DNA of 64,000 nucleotides from Squalus acanthias (taxonomy: Eukaryota), in assembly GCA_030390025.1 (NCBI GenBank), contig CM059441.1:2480001-2544000 (forward strand), written 5' to 3'. Below are positions 38,075 to 49,785 of this stretch, piece by piece (within the stretch, counting starts at the first letter, position 1; every line of letters begins with the position of its first letter). The notes beneath the pieces are model-generated. The model made no database searches. It was not told where the DNA came from and saw nothing but the letters and a program-made list of their open reading frames with translations. Position numbers and translations under genes: made by a program.

Positions 38075-38460
38075 ATTAGGGGTGATCTGATCAAAGTTTT
38101 GAGGATATTACGGGGAACAGATAGGGTAGATAGAGAGAAACTATTTCCACTGGTTGGGGACTCTAGGACTAGGGGGCATAGTCTAAAAATTAGAGCCAGA
38201 CCTTTCAGGAGTGAAATTAGGAAACACTTCTACACACAAAGGATGGTAGAAGTTTGGAACTCTCTTGCACAAATGGCAATTGATGCTAGATCAATTGTTA
38301 ATTTTAAATTGGAGATTGATAGCTTTTTGCTAACCAAAGGTATTAAGGGATATGGGGCAAAGGCGGGTACATGGAGTTAGATCGCAGATCAGCCATGATC
38401 TCAGTGAATGTCGGAACAGGCTCGAGGGGCTGAATGGCCGACTCCTGTTCCTATGTTCCT
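38075..38460 (+). mobile_element. CR1 3' fragment
   Basis: RGDLIKV..TRGHSLKI..VWNSL plus UTR. Confidence 0.9.
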
Positions 38461-38529
38461 AGTAGACACAATATAAAAGCAGCAAATGGCGACACGAGTG
38501 TGGTTAATGACCGCTGGACTTGGCCACAG

Positions 38530-38790
38530 TTGTGCAGAATTGCGTTGGCCTCCCATGTAACTGCTGGTGGCCAGTGGTGGCCAGTGGTGGAAGTGATGAA
38601 GTCCTTGGCCCTACATGATAATATATGTGTGACCTTCTGAATACAGTTGTGGACAACAAACAGACTGGCACTGCAGATTTCCTCAGAGCTAGCCTGGAAG
38701 GGCCTGCATGCATAAAAGTTGAGGCTCAGCTGACTTTGACAACCACAGGCGGCGCTGTACAGATGTTGTATGTTGTCTGAAGATCTTCCT
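38530..38790 (-). pseudogene. Harbinger (HARBI1-like) transposase N-terminal remnant
   Basis: LSLNFYACRPFQ...IC...VHNCIQKVT resembles the ALNFYA.GSFQ helix-turn-helix region. Confidence 0.55.
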
Positions 38791-40095
38791 GAAGGAGCTA
38801 GCTCAGTTCTGTCACCGGCTCCCTGATAAACCTTAGCCTCCTCAGGCACAATTCTACTGCCATTACCAGGATAGTTGTGTCTGGTACTGTGTAGTGGAAT
38901 GGTGGGACTTGAAGGTACACCTAGAAGGTCACGTAACATTAACAACAGCCATTTTTTGCTTTACTTCATTCTCCTCTGTGGTGCACTGACTGCTGTGCCC
39001 TTAGTGTGCAAAAGCTAGAATGCAGAAGATTACAGTAGCTCTGCTTTAAATTAAGACTTCAGCATTGATGCCGCAGCCTTTCCAGCAACATCTGTTCCAA
39101 TTGAACGATATGAATGCATCAAACCAACAAAACAAAAATGTGACACTACCTATCTGCCGCTTTCCAATTAGAATAATTAGCCTGTCCTCAGACAGCAATT
39201 TTGAAACAGGCAACAAAAAAAACAAATGTTATGCCGCACTTCCGACATTATGGGCCACTACTGTACATTCGCTGCCAGCATTAGGCTTAATATCAACAGC
39301 AATTTATCTTTTGTGTCAATGTTTACCATTGCAATTGCTAATGTGAATATTTCCCATTTAATTTTGCTATGGTAACTGTTATGCTGTAGCTGTAGGCTCT
39401 CACCACTAGTTGGCTCTGTGGAGAAGGTTTCTGAAGTTCGATCCCAACCCATCACCACATTAGATATATAAAAAATCACTTCTATTCAACCAACTCTGGG
39501 CAACAACTTGGGTAATGATAACACTTCTTTACTCTTTTGCCAGTTGCAGCATTTATGTGTGTCACCAGTTCAGCACGTTACTATTCCAACAGATGAATCA
39601 TTTTAAATATATCCTAAATAACGCATCCTTAGATATATTCTGCAAGTCCCCATCTTTACAGTGTAATTATATGCAAAATGGAAACGACGCAAGACTTTTA
39701 GGTGAGTAAGTAAAATAAAAACTATAAATGTTTGGTAACAAAGTAGTTATCCTCCAAATTTCTTTTGAAGAGTCTGTTGTATTTTATTTTTTCACCTGAT
39801 TTTACCTTCAGAGCTTCAAAGATGGCTAGCATCTGGGACAATTTCCCAGGTTCCCAGGTATGGTGGACTTTATTACACTATCGTTGATATGCAAAACATA
39901 ACGTCCAATTATGCTAATTTTGGCTTCATGCACATCCTCATAGTTTCAGAATGTGAACACTTTGCCAGAAGCAATCCAGCCAGATGAACGTTTTGCTACT
40001 ATTGGAAGCTGGAGGGTCAGCAACCTTCTTTAAAGGACTGAGCAAAAACGGGGAGAATGGGGGTGGAACAACTGATATAATTCTGATATAAAAGG

Positions 40096-40228
40096 AGCAC
40101 CTTCGCCACACGGACTGCAGCGGGTCAAGAAGGCAGCTCACTGCCACCTTTTCAAGGGTAATTAGGGTTGGGCAATAAATGCTGGCCTTGCCAGCGACGC
40201 CCACATCCCATAAGCGAATAAAAAGAAA
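40096..40228 (+). mobile_element. LINE extreme 3' end (family of 23588)
   Basis: Near-identical to 23855-23985. Confidence 0.85.
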
Positions 40229-40419
40229 ATCAAAAGTGCCATATAATGATTCCTGTCACAAAAAGGCTGCTAATTGATTTAATAGCCAGGTTATTAAACT
40301 CATGAATTGCGTCTGTGTGACTGGGGTCTGCATACTTGACTTGATTCTTACTTGTTGTTTCCCTCGCTACTCATTTGTATTGTTCCATGTTATGAGTGGC
40401 TTGTTTATCTTCCAGTTTC

Positions 40420-40525
40420 CTTTTCTAATAACGGGTCGACACCCAAAACATTAAGGCATCATCTCTCTTTTCAAATGCTGATGACTCTGCTGTGTATTTC
40501 CGGAATTTTCTGTTCATATTTCCAA
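40420..40525 (+). mobile_element. Highly decayed PLE family A-like terminus
   Basis: ctaataa-c-gggtcgacaccc-aaaacattaa...ctgctgtgtatttccggaattttctgtt parallels the reverse complement of 3547-3645. Confidence 0.5.
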
Positions 40526-41646
40526 CATCTGCAGTTTTTTTTTGCTTTGCTGCTCTCATCATCAAAAACTGCTTTCCTGTGGCAGATTATTTTAATAGAT
40601 TCGTCGTGTTTAATAGAAAAAAATGTATACATATCAAAAGTCCTGCCATTTAGCCTCAGTGTAATTCCATTTTATTTCAGCAAACCTCGAAGACCCACAG
40701 TAGAATACTAATGCAATCAAGCTTCTAAGTGATTGATTTTATCCTAATATAGTGGAGCAGCAGCTGGTGAAAGATTGCAGACTCCAACTTGCTGGGTACA
40801 GTGCAAATTCCAGTCCAGCTGATCAACATTTCCTATTAAATGTTGGACACAATGAATCAACAAGCAGATATAGGTTGCCTAATTGGCAGAGGTCTGGCTA
40901 TGAATCCCGACCATGAGGCACATTAAAGCACATCAAGAGAACACTGCTAAAGGGTGTTGTGACTGTTTAGTGATTGCTGGAATGTGTATTTTTTTAAAAT
41001 CACCAAGCAATAATTCCAGGAAAGTTTCTGTTAAACATTCTGTATCATCATAAGATCTCGCAGAAGTAAACTTACTGAATGACAGAGTAATCCAGCAATG
41101 GCTTTACAGCTCAAAATAGGAACAGGAGAACAATTGTTTCCAGCTTTGGTTGATGAGTAGTGCGCCAAGCAACAAAAGCACAAAGCATATGCAATTGAAG
41201 GACACAGCACAAAAGTTCAAACGACAGAGAAAAGATATTGAGATCACGTCATCATTACATACCTTCCCATTTTGTAAGAGGGCTGGCTAGGCAAGTTGTA
41301 CTGGATAATGTTTCACAGGTGACAGATCTTCAAGGATGTCCAAGCGCGAGTTACCACAACTGACAACTGCAATTTTTCATCGAGTACAAGGCAATGATAT
41401 TGTAATTTCCTTCAAACTTTATGCAGGGCAATGAGATGCACACTCAGTCTCACTTTCCATGATTTCCTCCAAATATAAATGAAAACTAAATAGCTGTTCA
41501 AGGTATTAGCCTAGACGTTATTGTTTGCGATGTTAATTTGTATGATATTCCTCTGTCCATGATTTGAATGGAGGGGTTATCTTTTTTACTTTAAATGGGT
41601 TAATGGCTCTGTTAAAATAGCAGAGGAATATCATATGAGCCATTAA

Positions 41647-42605
41647 GGGCTGGATTTTACCAACCTCAGCGGGTCCATGGCGGGTCTCGGCCTTGCTGCT
41701 GGCTCCAGCTCACTGTCCAAAATGATTTTCACCTGATTGGGCTCGTGATGACGCATCATCAGCCGGTTTCCTTAAAGGGACCATGCGCAAATTTAGTTTG
41801 ACAGTTGTGCTGTCAGTGTTCTACAGCATTGAGGTGCTGCAAGCACTGCACAAATGGCTGCACCCAGGTTCTCCCATGACTCCCTCCTCCACAGGGAGTC
41901 ACAGCAAGCAGGGAGGTTCTCTTCCCTTCCCATGGGCGGAAGAGACCTCCCCAGGAGATCAACACAGCCTGGTTGCACATTGCACAGGAGCACACAAGCA
42001 GGAATGTCGTCAGGAGGACCAGGCTGCAGTGGCGCAAACCTTTCAATGATCTCAATAGATCACGAAACGTTACTGCAAAGCCACACTCAACCTCATCCTG
42101 CTGTGCCACTTATCACATCCTCATCACTCTGTCTTCCTTACCCTACTCCTGCACATCCTTACTCATACCTAATTACCTTGCACCTTCACCCACCCCTCTC
42201 TATCTGTATTATCACTTCCCCATTTCAGTAGCCACCCCTCACACTCACCCTCACCCTCATCCTAGTCCAATCATACCAACTAACAACACACAAGGGTAGG
42301 CACTTGTGTGTTTTAGCCAATGTTCATGTGAAGTTTCTGTTACTGTGCTGTGAAACATTGAAACCTTAATTTTGAACACTTTGCGTTCTTGTACAGATCT
42401 GTGTGCACCTTTGGAAGTGGCTTAGTGAGTTGCAGTGAATGGTAAAGAAAGCAAGACTTGCATTTATATAGCGCCTTTCACGACCATCGGACATCTCAAA
42501 GTGCTTTACAGCCAATGAAGTACTTTCAAAGTAGTGTCACTGTTGTAATGGTGAGACATAATGGTACCCTCCGCAATGGTGATGAGTGTGAAAGGAATGG
42601 CTGAC
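41647..42605 (+). mobile_element. Harbinger derivative with Myb/SANT exon (copy of 7855-8776)
   Basis: TAA followed by GGGCTGGATTTT terminus; MAAPRFSHDSL...RRTRLQWRKPFNDL, with a deletion. Confidence 0.85.
42444..42546 (-). mobile_element. SacSINE1-like 3' tail insertion
   Basis: AATGGT at both junctions; empty site visible in the paralogue near 7905. Confidence 0.8.
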
Positions 42606-42789
42606 CCACTGTCAAAATAATGACCAAAGTTTGCAACAGAAGGCTGGGGAAGCAGAAATGACTGTTGGGCAGTTGTAATAGATGGTTCATATGAACATTT
42701 ATGGCACTTTTGAAGTATGTCTTCAAGTAGAGAAATGGGTAGAGGCACTCAAAGAAATCAGCAGAGCATTGGAAGGAGGCAGAAAAGAA

Positions 42790-43745
42790 AAGCACAATGA
42801 AGCCAACTTTCAGACATTCCTGGATGAGATGTTGCAATGAGGAGAAAGACTCCTGGTTGTTCATGGGAGGAAACTTCAAAAAATGTCTCACGTGCCATAA
42901 GGCAATAGCTAAGTGTCATGTCTCTCACCCCCAGAACTGTTGACCAATACCAGAAAAATCTCAATGACCTTACAAGGGCAGGCAAGGTAACAGGCTGGCC
43001 ACTATTTCGTTGCTTCTTTGGGCAGCATGGGCATCAATACTCTGCTCACCATCTAAAATGACTAGCTGCACAAGTCATCCTTCACATTGCACTGTGCTTC
43101 AGAAATTCACTAACCCTGAAAGAGGTGTTGGCAACTTGCCTAACAGGAATTACTGAAATGCACAAGCTTAATACCCCTTCCTCCACTTTAACAGGGTGAT
43201 ACCAGAATACCTATAATCTAAATTGTCTGATGCAATCCCTCATATGTTAGCTTTTTACCTAATCTGCTTAATTTTGTTACAGCACAAACTTGCACATAAT
43301 GCCAGTGAAATGCAAAGGATCAGAGGGCCATTTTGGACATCAGAGAGTTGACCTTTATGAGGAGCAGGCAGTATAGCTGTTGGGAAAGTGCTTCACTCAA
43401 GCCATGGGAGACAGGAAGGAGAGTGGAACAGTGGAGGTTACAGTTTAGTGGGTGCAGAACTTAGACACTCAACATGGCATCCCTGTAAAGCAACAACCAG
43501 CCAGAAGCCTCCCCATTTTCACTGCCTCCTTCATCTCAAGAGGTTATGCTCATCCATTCTTAGCTTATGCCTTCCTTTCCTTCTGGTCTGCCACAGCAAG
43601 ATGAGGCAGTGGAAAATGATTTGGAGGAAGATGCTGATGAAGAGAAGAAGGAAGAAGAGAGAAGGAATTTCTCCCTGGTAGACTATGATGATAATAATGG
43701 TGATGAAGAAGTGGAAGAGGATGATGAGGACCAGGCCACATGAGA
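42790..43745 (+). pseudogene. Intron-containing Harbinger Myb/SANT gene remnant
   Basis: ..RTVDQYQKNLNDLTRAGK|gtaac (42986); ttacag|HKLAHNASEMQR (43283); acidic exon QDEAVENDLEED.. Confidence 0.55.
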
Positions 43746-45039
43746 GTTCCTGGATTAAGATCCTGTCCCATGTTCCTTTCCTCCAACCTCTTCAATATCA
43801 TTCCCTGTATCCCTTGCTTTCTTACTCCAGTGTATCAGATACTTTCAAACGGAAGAATTAGATGGTGCAAGTGAGGATCTACACTGGGTGATTCACAGAG
43901 GACAAGGGAGTCAGAGGAGTGGGAAGTGCATGAGGATGTGTTGGCTTCCAGCAGTGTCAGGGCTTCCCCTGGCTTCAGAACTGTGGGACCCAGATCATAA
44001 GGGTACCCACCTGAAAAGAAGTATGCTTGAGGAACATCACAACTACACGCGGACACTGAGGTCAATCTCTGAGGATGTGCAGCACCGCCTTCATTTGCGA
44101 GAACATCTTGTAAGCTTTTTCTCTGTTACAGGTATCGCTGAAGCATATGGCAGCTTTATTGGAATCTCCTACCTCACAAGTGGCCCAGGACCAGTTGGTG
44201 CCTCCTCCTCCCCAGAAACAGATTAGACAGTACATTGCAGACTTTCTTTCAGGCACTTGGTGATGGGATGCAGGCTACTGTCTCTCAGAAATTTCAGTGA
44301 ATAATACCAACCATTAGGCCATCCATGCCACTATTCAATGGACAAGCATATCCAGAGCCCAGTACAATGGCAATAGCTGGAGTAGAATTGCAAAAGGCTG
44401 CAATTTCTTAGGACAGCAACACATACCAGGCAGTTGGCCTTCCTCCTCAGAGCACCACACAAGTGGCACATAAAAGGCAACAACCTGGATGCCCAGTAGG
44501 TGCTCCGGAGATGCAGCCAGCAGGGGTTACCTCCCAGAATCAAGCTACCATGAGAATAGAGCCACCTCAGCGCATGAAACTTCTGTACCACAGCAGCAAC
44601 CAATCACCTCTTTAGATACTGATGTCAGGTTGCACCTAAAGAAGCACTAGAATAGGAGAAAGAAAGGTATGTTTGGTCACTTAGGAGCATGGTGTGAGGA
44701 AAGAATAGAATAGCTTATGTTCACTTTTGCTTTGATTGTAATAAGAGAGAAAGTGCACTTAATTCTTGCTCAATTATTCATGGAGATTATTGTCATTCGG
44801 GAAAAGGTGCACTTATTTTGTGCTCAGTTATTCTGGCATGTCCACATAGGGCCAAAAAGGTCTGATTGGATGTCAGGTTCTAGGATGGGTATGAGATTGA
44901 AGGAAGTGGAATTTATGTGAAGATAAGAAAAGTGGATTCAAGGCAGTGGTTACAAATGGAGTCTGTTCAACAGACGAGAACACTGTTGATAAATTGAGTT
45001 CAGATGCCCTTTACAGCCATCCCTGAGGAGTGTGCTAAG

Positions 45040-45460
45040 TGATGTTTTTTATGAAGCTCCACACCATGATCTTCTGCCTCCAAAGCCGCTGGAGCCACTA
45101 ACCCCCACCGCCCCCAGGAATCTCCGTATCTCCGTCCAGGCCTTTTGGACTGCAAAGTTGTGCAGAACACAGCAAGCTGCCACTGTGCAGGATATATGCT
45201 TGGAAGGATATTGCAAAGCCCCTCCAGATCCATCAAGACAGCAAACGTGTCTCTTTAAGACCCCAATTGTTATTTTAGATGCAACTCGTTTGGAAAAAGT
45301 TGGCTTATCATAGCCTTCCTTAGCTGCTGTTCCGGCAACTCGCAGATAGGTTGTGATCCACGACAGTAGTGGGTATGCTTTGATGTTCATAAGCTGTCCG
45401 GTTACATCAGATTCTTCAACAAAAAGATCAGGAAGGACAGAATTTCTGAATTTCACTCTT
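45040..45460 (-). pseudogene. Harbinger transposase C-terminal remnant
   Basis: AYPLLSW...IGVLKR..CLDGSGGALQY...CCVLHNFA (HARBI1-like DDE domain). Confidence 0.8.
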
Positions 45461-45664
45461 GCTCCCCCTGGCCCACAAAAATAAGTAACAACTTACCTTT
45501 GGTCTCCTCTTTGGATGGATTGTCAAACTGGGTGGAGCAGGAACGGCGATTAGCAACTGAAGAAATGTTAGCAGGACAGCAATGTGCTCTTTTCACAAAT
45601 AACTGAAGAAAGTTTTAACTTTGTCTGCTCAATTATGATTTCTCTAACAGGAACACCGCTCAGA

Positions 45665-46020
45665 TCAGGAATCATAGCACAGAAGGAGGCCATTCGGCCC
45701 ATTGAGTCCGAGCCGGCTTTTTCGAAGAGCAATCCAGTTAGTCCCACTTCCGCGCTCTTTCTCCGTATCACTGCATTTTTTTCTCCTGCAAGTATTTACC
45801 CAATTCCCTTTTGAAGGCTACTATTGAATCTGATTCCACTACCCTATCAGGCAGTGCATTCCAAATCCTAAACACTCGTTGCATAAAAATGTTTTTCCTC
45901 ATGTCGCCTCTGGTGCTTTTGCCAATCACCTTAAATCTGTGCCCTCTGGTTATCGACCCTCCAGCGATCGGAAACAGTCTCTCTTTATTTACTCGATCCA
46001 AACCCTTCGTGACTTTAACC
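45665..46020 (-). mobile_element. CR1 3' fragment
   Basis: GLDRVNKERLFP..TRGHRFKV..IWNALP plus UTR. Confidence 0.9.
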
Positions 46021-47033
46021 ACTGTTTGTATGCTGTCTCGGATTGAAGTCTGCCTTGAAGATTACAGATCTTAACGTTTTTAAGTATGTCCTTGACACAT
46101 TAGAGTTAAGAGAAGTAATTAGTTGTGATACATTCTTTGATTTAAAAATAATCCTCTGTTGAAAGATCTGAGCTTGGAAGCTTAACTAGCTTTTGGGTTT
46201 TGTATGTGCGACTTGTTCTATTGTCTCACTCCTAACTATATTTGTTGACCTTAAATCATTCAGTCTAAGATGGCAGAAAAAAATGGCATTGAAAAAATAT
46301 TACATCTACAAAAGTGGTCGATATTATTTATTGTTGGAATGTATGTAAATACTAAAGCCTCAGATTCATAGACTGAGCCAGTTTGTTGTTTCAAAATAAT
46401 CAGTCATTCGACACAGCAGGAGCCCATCATAACAGATTATTCCTCTCTTCCAAAACACCCTCCAAAGGTGTCAGTTAAACCCTTATCTTCTGTTGTGTGC
46501 AAGGCAATACACAGAAGAGCAAAGAGTGGAAACAAAAAATGCAGTTTTATTGGACTAACAGATTTAACAGAAGTGGTATAATCTGTCCTCAAAACTAAAA
46601 TACAAATCAAATTGTAGAAATAGAGGATATTATTATTCTACATTATTACTTCCAGTTTTCAGTGAAATACAAATGGTTACTTCTATCTTACTAAGAACTG
46701 ATTGTTTTCATGTTCATTTTAAGTTAAAGCCAGTATCTTACTGAGGCTGCCAGTGGGCCACATTTTTCTGGCATTAGCTTGAATGACAAGTGAGAATGAA
46801 AATCCTGTCCATGATGTTGGTTAAACTACAGGAAATGAACTGCAACCAATTCTATTATCTGTAGAAAGGCTTCAAAGAATTATAGCTTAGAAAATACAGT
46901 GGGCAATACTAGCAGATGTATTAACCCATTCAAAATAAATGGGTCCTGCTACTATCAACAACAGTCATGTCTGGCCTCATATTATTAAGAGGTCGCACAA
47001 CACCAGGTTATAGTCCAACAGTTTTATTTGAAA

Positions 47034-47076
47034 TCACAAGCTTTCGGAGCTATCGATTTGCTCCTTCCTCAGGTGA
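47034..47076 (-). ncRNA. Minimal hammerhead ribozyme motif at the PLE 3' end
   Basis: UCAC-CUGAGGA-A-GGAGC AAAUCGAUA GCUCC-GAAA-GC-UU-GUGA. Confidence 0.8.
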
Positions 47077-47409
47077 AGTAAATTAGATACAGAATCTCCA
47101 AAGCATATATAGATGGAAAACAAAGAATGTGTACTTTACAATTGCAGACCAATAAATTAAATCATCCTGACTATCTGCCGAGGTGTGATAAAGTTAATTA
47201 AGTCAGCCAGGAAGGTACCACATCAAAGACATAGCAAGATACAACTGAGACAATGAGGTGTAGTCGCAGGGGTTCTAACGTGTCAAAAGCTGCCGTCTGT
47301 ATGTAAAACGAAAAGCTTTAACATTTTTTTACTTTTTTACTGGGAAAATTTTTACTTTTTTTACTGGGAATCACATCTGTGAACAAGCTAACGACGACTC
47401 GAGTCCGGA

Positions 47410-49152
47410 TCACGTCATGTATCGTGACATAAACCCAAGATCCCGATTGAGACCGTCTTCATGAGTGCGGAACTTGGCTATCAGTTTCTGCTCGATGATT
47501 TTGCGTTGTCGTGTGTTTCTAAGGTTGCCTTGGAGAACGCTTACCCGCAGATCCGAGGCTGAATGTCCTTGACTGCTGAAGTGTTCCCCGACTGGGAGGT
47601 AACAATCCTGCCTGGCGATTGTTGCGCGGTGCTCGTTCATACGTTGTCTCAGTGTCTGCATGGTCTCGCCGATGTACCATGCCGCGGTGCATTCTTTCCT
47701 GCAACGTATGAGGTAGACAACGTTGGCCGAGTCACATGAGTATGTACCATGTACCTGGTGGGTAGTGTCCTCACGTGTGATGGTGGTATCTGTGTTGATG
47801 ATCTGGCATGTCTTGCAGAGTTTGCCATGGCAGGGTTGTGTGGTGTCGTGGTCGCTGTTATCCTGAAAGCTGGGTAATTTGCTGCGAACGATGGTACTTC
47901 TGAGGTTAGGCGGCTGTTTGAAGGCAAGTAGTGGAGGCGTGGGGATGGCCTTAGCGAGGTGTTTGTCGTCATCGATGACATGTTGAAGGCTGCAAAGAAC
48001 ATGGCGTAGTTTCTCCGCTCCGGGGAAGTACTGGACGACGTAGGGTACCCTGTTGGTTGTGTCCCGTGTTTGCCTTCTGAGGAGGTCTATGCGATTTTTC
48101 GCTGTGGCCCGTCGGAACTGTCGATCGATGAGTCGAGCGTCATATCCCGTTCTTACGAGGGCGTTTTTCAGCGTCCGTAGGTGTCCATCGCGTTCCTCCT
48201 CGTCTGAGCAGATCCTGTGTATTCGCAGGGCTTGTCCATAGGGGATGGCTTCTTTAACATGGTTAGGGTGGAAGCTGGAGAAGTGGAGCATCGTGAGGTT
48301 GTCCGTGAGCTTGCGGTAGAGTGAAGTGCTGAGGTGTCCGTCTTTGATGGAGATTCGTGTGTCCAGGAATGAGACTGATTCTGAGGAGTAGTCCATGGTG
48401 AGTTTGATGGTGGGATGGAACATGTTTATGTTATCGTGTAGTCTTTTCAGTGATCCTTCGCCATGGGTCCAAAGGAAGAAAATGTCGTCGATGTATCTGG
48501 TATACAGCGTTGGCTGGAGGTCTTGTGCAGCGAAGAAGTCTTGCTCGAACTTGTGCATGAAGATGTTGGCGTATTGGGGTGCGAATTTGGTCCCCATGGC
48601 TGTTCCGTGTGTTTGGGTAAAAAAATGGTTGTCGAAGGTGAAGACATTGTGGTCAAGGATGAAGCGGATGAGTTGTAGGATGGCGTCTGGAGATTGGCTG
48701 TTGTTGATGTTGAGTACTGAGGCTGTTGCAGCGATGCCGTCATCGTGGGGGATACTGGTGTAGAGTGCCGATACGTCCATCGTGGCAAGGAGTGTTCCTG
48801 GTTCAACTGGTCCATGGGTGCTGAGTTTCTGTAAGAAGTCTGTAGTGTCGCGACAGAAGCTGGGGGTTCCCTGTACGATGGGTTTCAGAATGCCCTCGAC
48901 GTATCCAGAGAGGTTCTCACACAGGGTTCCATTGCCTGATACGATAGGACGTCCGGGTGTGTTGGCTTTGTGTATCTTTGGGAGGCAGTAGAAGTCTCCC
49001 ACGCGGGGATTACGTGGGATGAGAGCGCATAGGATGTTTTGAAGGTCTGGATCGAAGGTCTTGATCAGTCTATTGAGTTGGCGGGTGTGTTCTTTGGTCG
49101 GATCTGCGGGTAGCTGTCTGTAGTGTTCCTGGTTGTCCAGTTGTCGGTATGC
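47410..49152 (-). CDS. PLE reverse transcriptase / GIY-YIG endonuclease, uninterrupted but lacking its N-terminus
   Basis: YCLPKIHK, GRPIVS, DVSALYTSIP, GTAMGT, RYIDD, CHGKLCKTC linker, NVVYLIRC..WYIGET; frame stays open upstream of the listed start (AYRQLDNQEHY..). Confidence 0.9.
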   Translation of the reverse strand, partial: AYRQLDNQEHYRQLPADPTKEHTRQLNRLIKTFDPDLQNILCALIPRNPRVGDFYCLPKIHKANTPGRPIVSGNGTLCENLSGYVEGILKPIVQGTPSFCRDTTDFLQKLSTHGPVEPGTLLATMDVSALYTSIPHDDGIAATASVLNINNSQSPDAILQLIRFILDHNVFTFDNHFFTQTHGTAMGTKFAPQYANIFMHKFEQDFFAAQDLQPTLYTRYIDDIFFLWTHGEGSLKRLHDNINMFHPTIKLTMDYSSESVSFLDTRISIKDGHLSTSLYRKLTDNLTMLHFSSFHPNHVKEAIPYGQALRIHRICSDEEERDGHLRTLKNALVRTGYDARLIDRQFRRATAKNRIDLLRRQTRDTTNRVPYVVQYFPGAEKLRHVLCSLQHVIDDDKHLAKAIPTPPLLAFKQPPNLRSTIVRSKLPSFQDNSDHDTTQPCHGKLCKTCQIINTDTTITREDTTHQVHGTYSCDSANVVYLIRCRKECTAAWYIGETMQTLRQRMNEHRATIARQDCYLPVGEHFSSQGHSASDLRVSVLQGNLRNTRQRKIIEQKLIAKFRTHEDGLNRDLGFMSRYMT

Positions 49153-49489
49153 TTCATATTATTAAACATCGCTGTATTGTAGGAAATATATTTTTCCATA
49201 GGTGCTGAATTACTCTCAAAGTACAAGCAGTTCATTATATGGCAGTTAACAATTTTACCCTTTTTTAGTGCATTCACAGGAACACCCAACTTTACTCTGT
49301 ATACATTCTGGAAGCTCCAGTGCATTAGGCTGTGTGAAATATGCAGAACTGGGTGTCCATTTGGAAAGAATACTGGTCAAATAGCTGAACAGCCACTTAA
49401 CCAGTATGAATTGTGCACAGCGTAAATCTAGTTGTGAAAGGCACAATCTTTGTGAGAAATGGAAGGCGAATAACAAAGGCATAAATCAA

Positions 49490-49650
49490 GATCCCTAGAA
49501 CAGCAGTGGGAGGGCACAGAGAAATGATCTCCGTCAAATGAAGGGCAAATCACCGCTGCCTGATAGGTGAAGCAGGCATGGGAGGTCATCACACAAGATG
49601 TCAAAGCTGGGTCATGTGCCAAGTGAATGTGGAAGGATACTCAAAAGAGA
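49490..49650 (+). pseudogene. Myb/SANT remnant
   Basis: KQAWEVITQDVKA motif. Confidence 0.3.
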
Positions 49651-49785
49651 ACAGCATCAAGTGAGAAAATAGACTGCCACATAAGGAGATAGCCAACAAT
49701 GACAATCGGAGTAAGTTAGAGGTGTATGATAGGTTTGTTTGAGCACCTCAGTGCACTTAACCCAATTTGATCCAGCAATTTCCTT

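Larger units (their letters stand above)
46989..49153 (-). mobile_element. Penelope-like element family B (Neptune-like), 5'-truncated
   Basis: 12-bp TSD TCATATTATTAA at 46977-46988 and 49154-49165; RT + GIY-YIG ORF; hammerhead near the 3' end. Confidence 0.95.
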
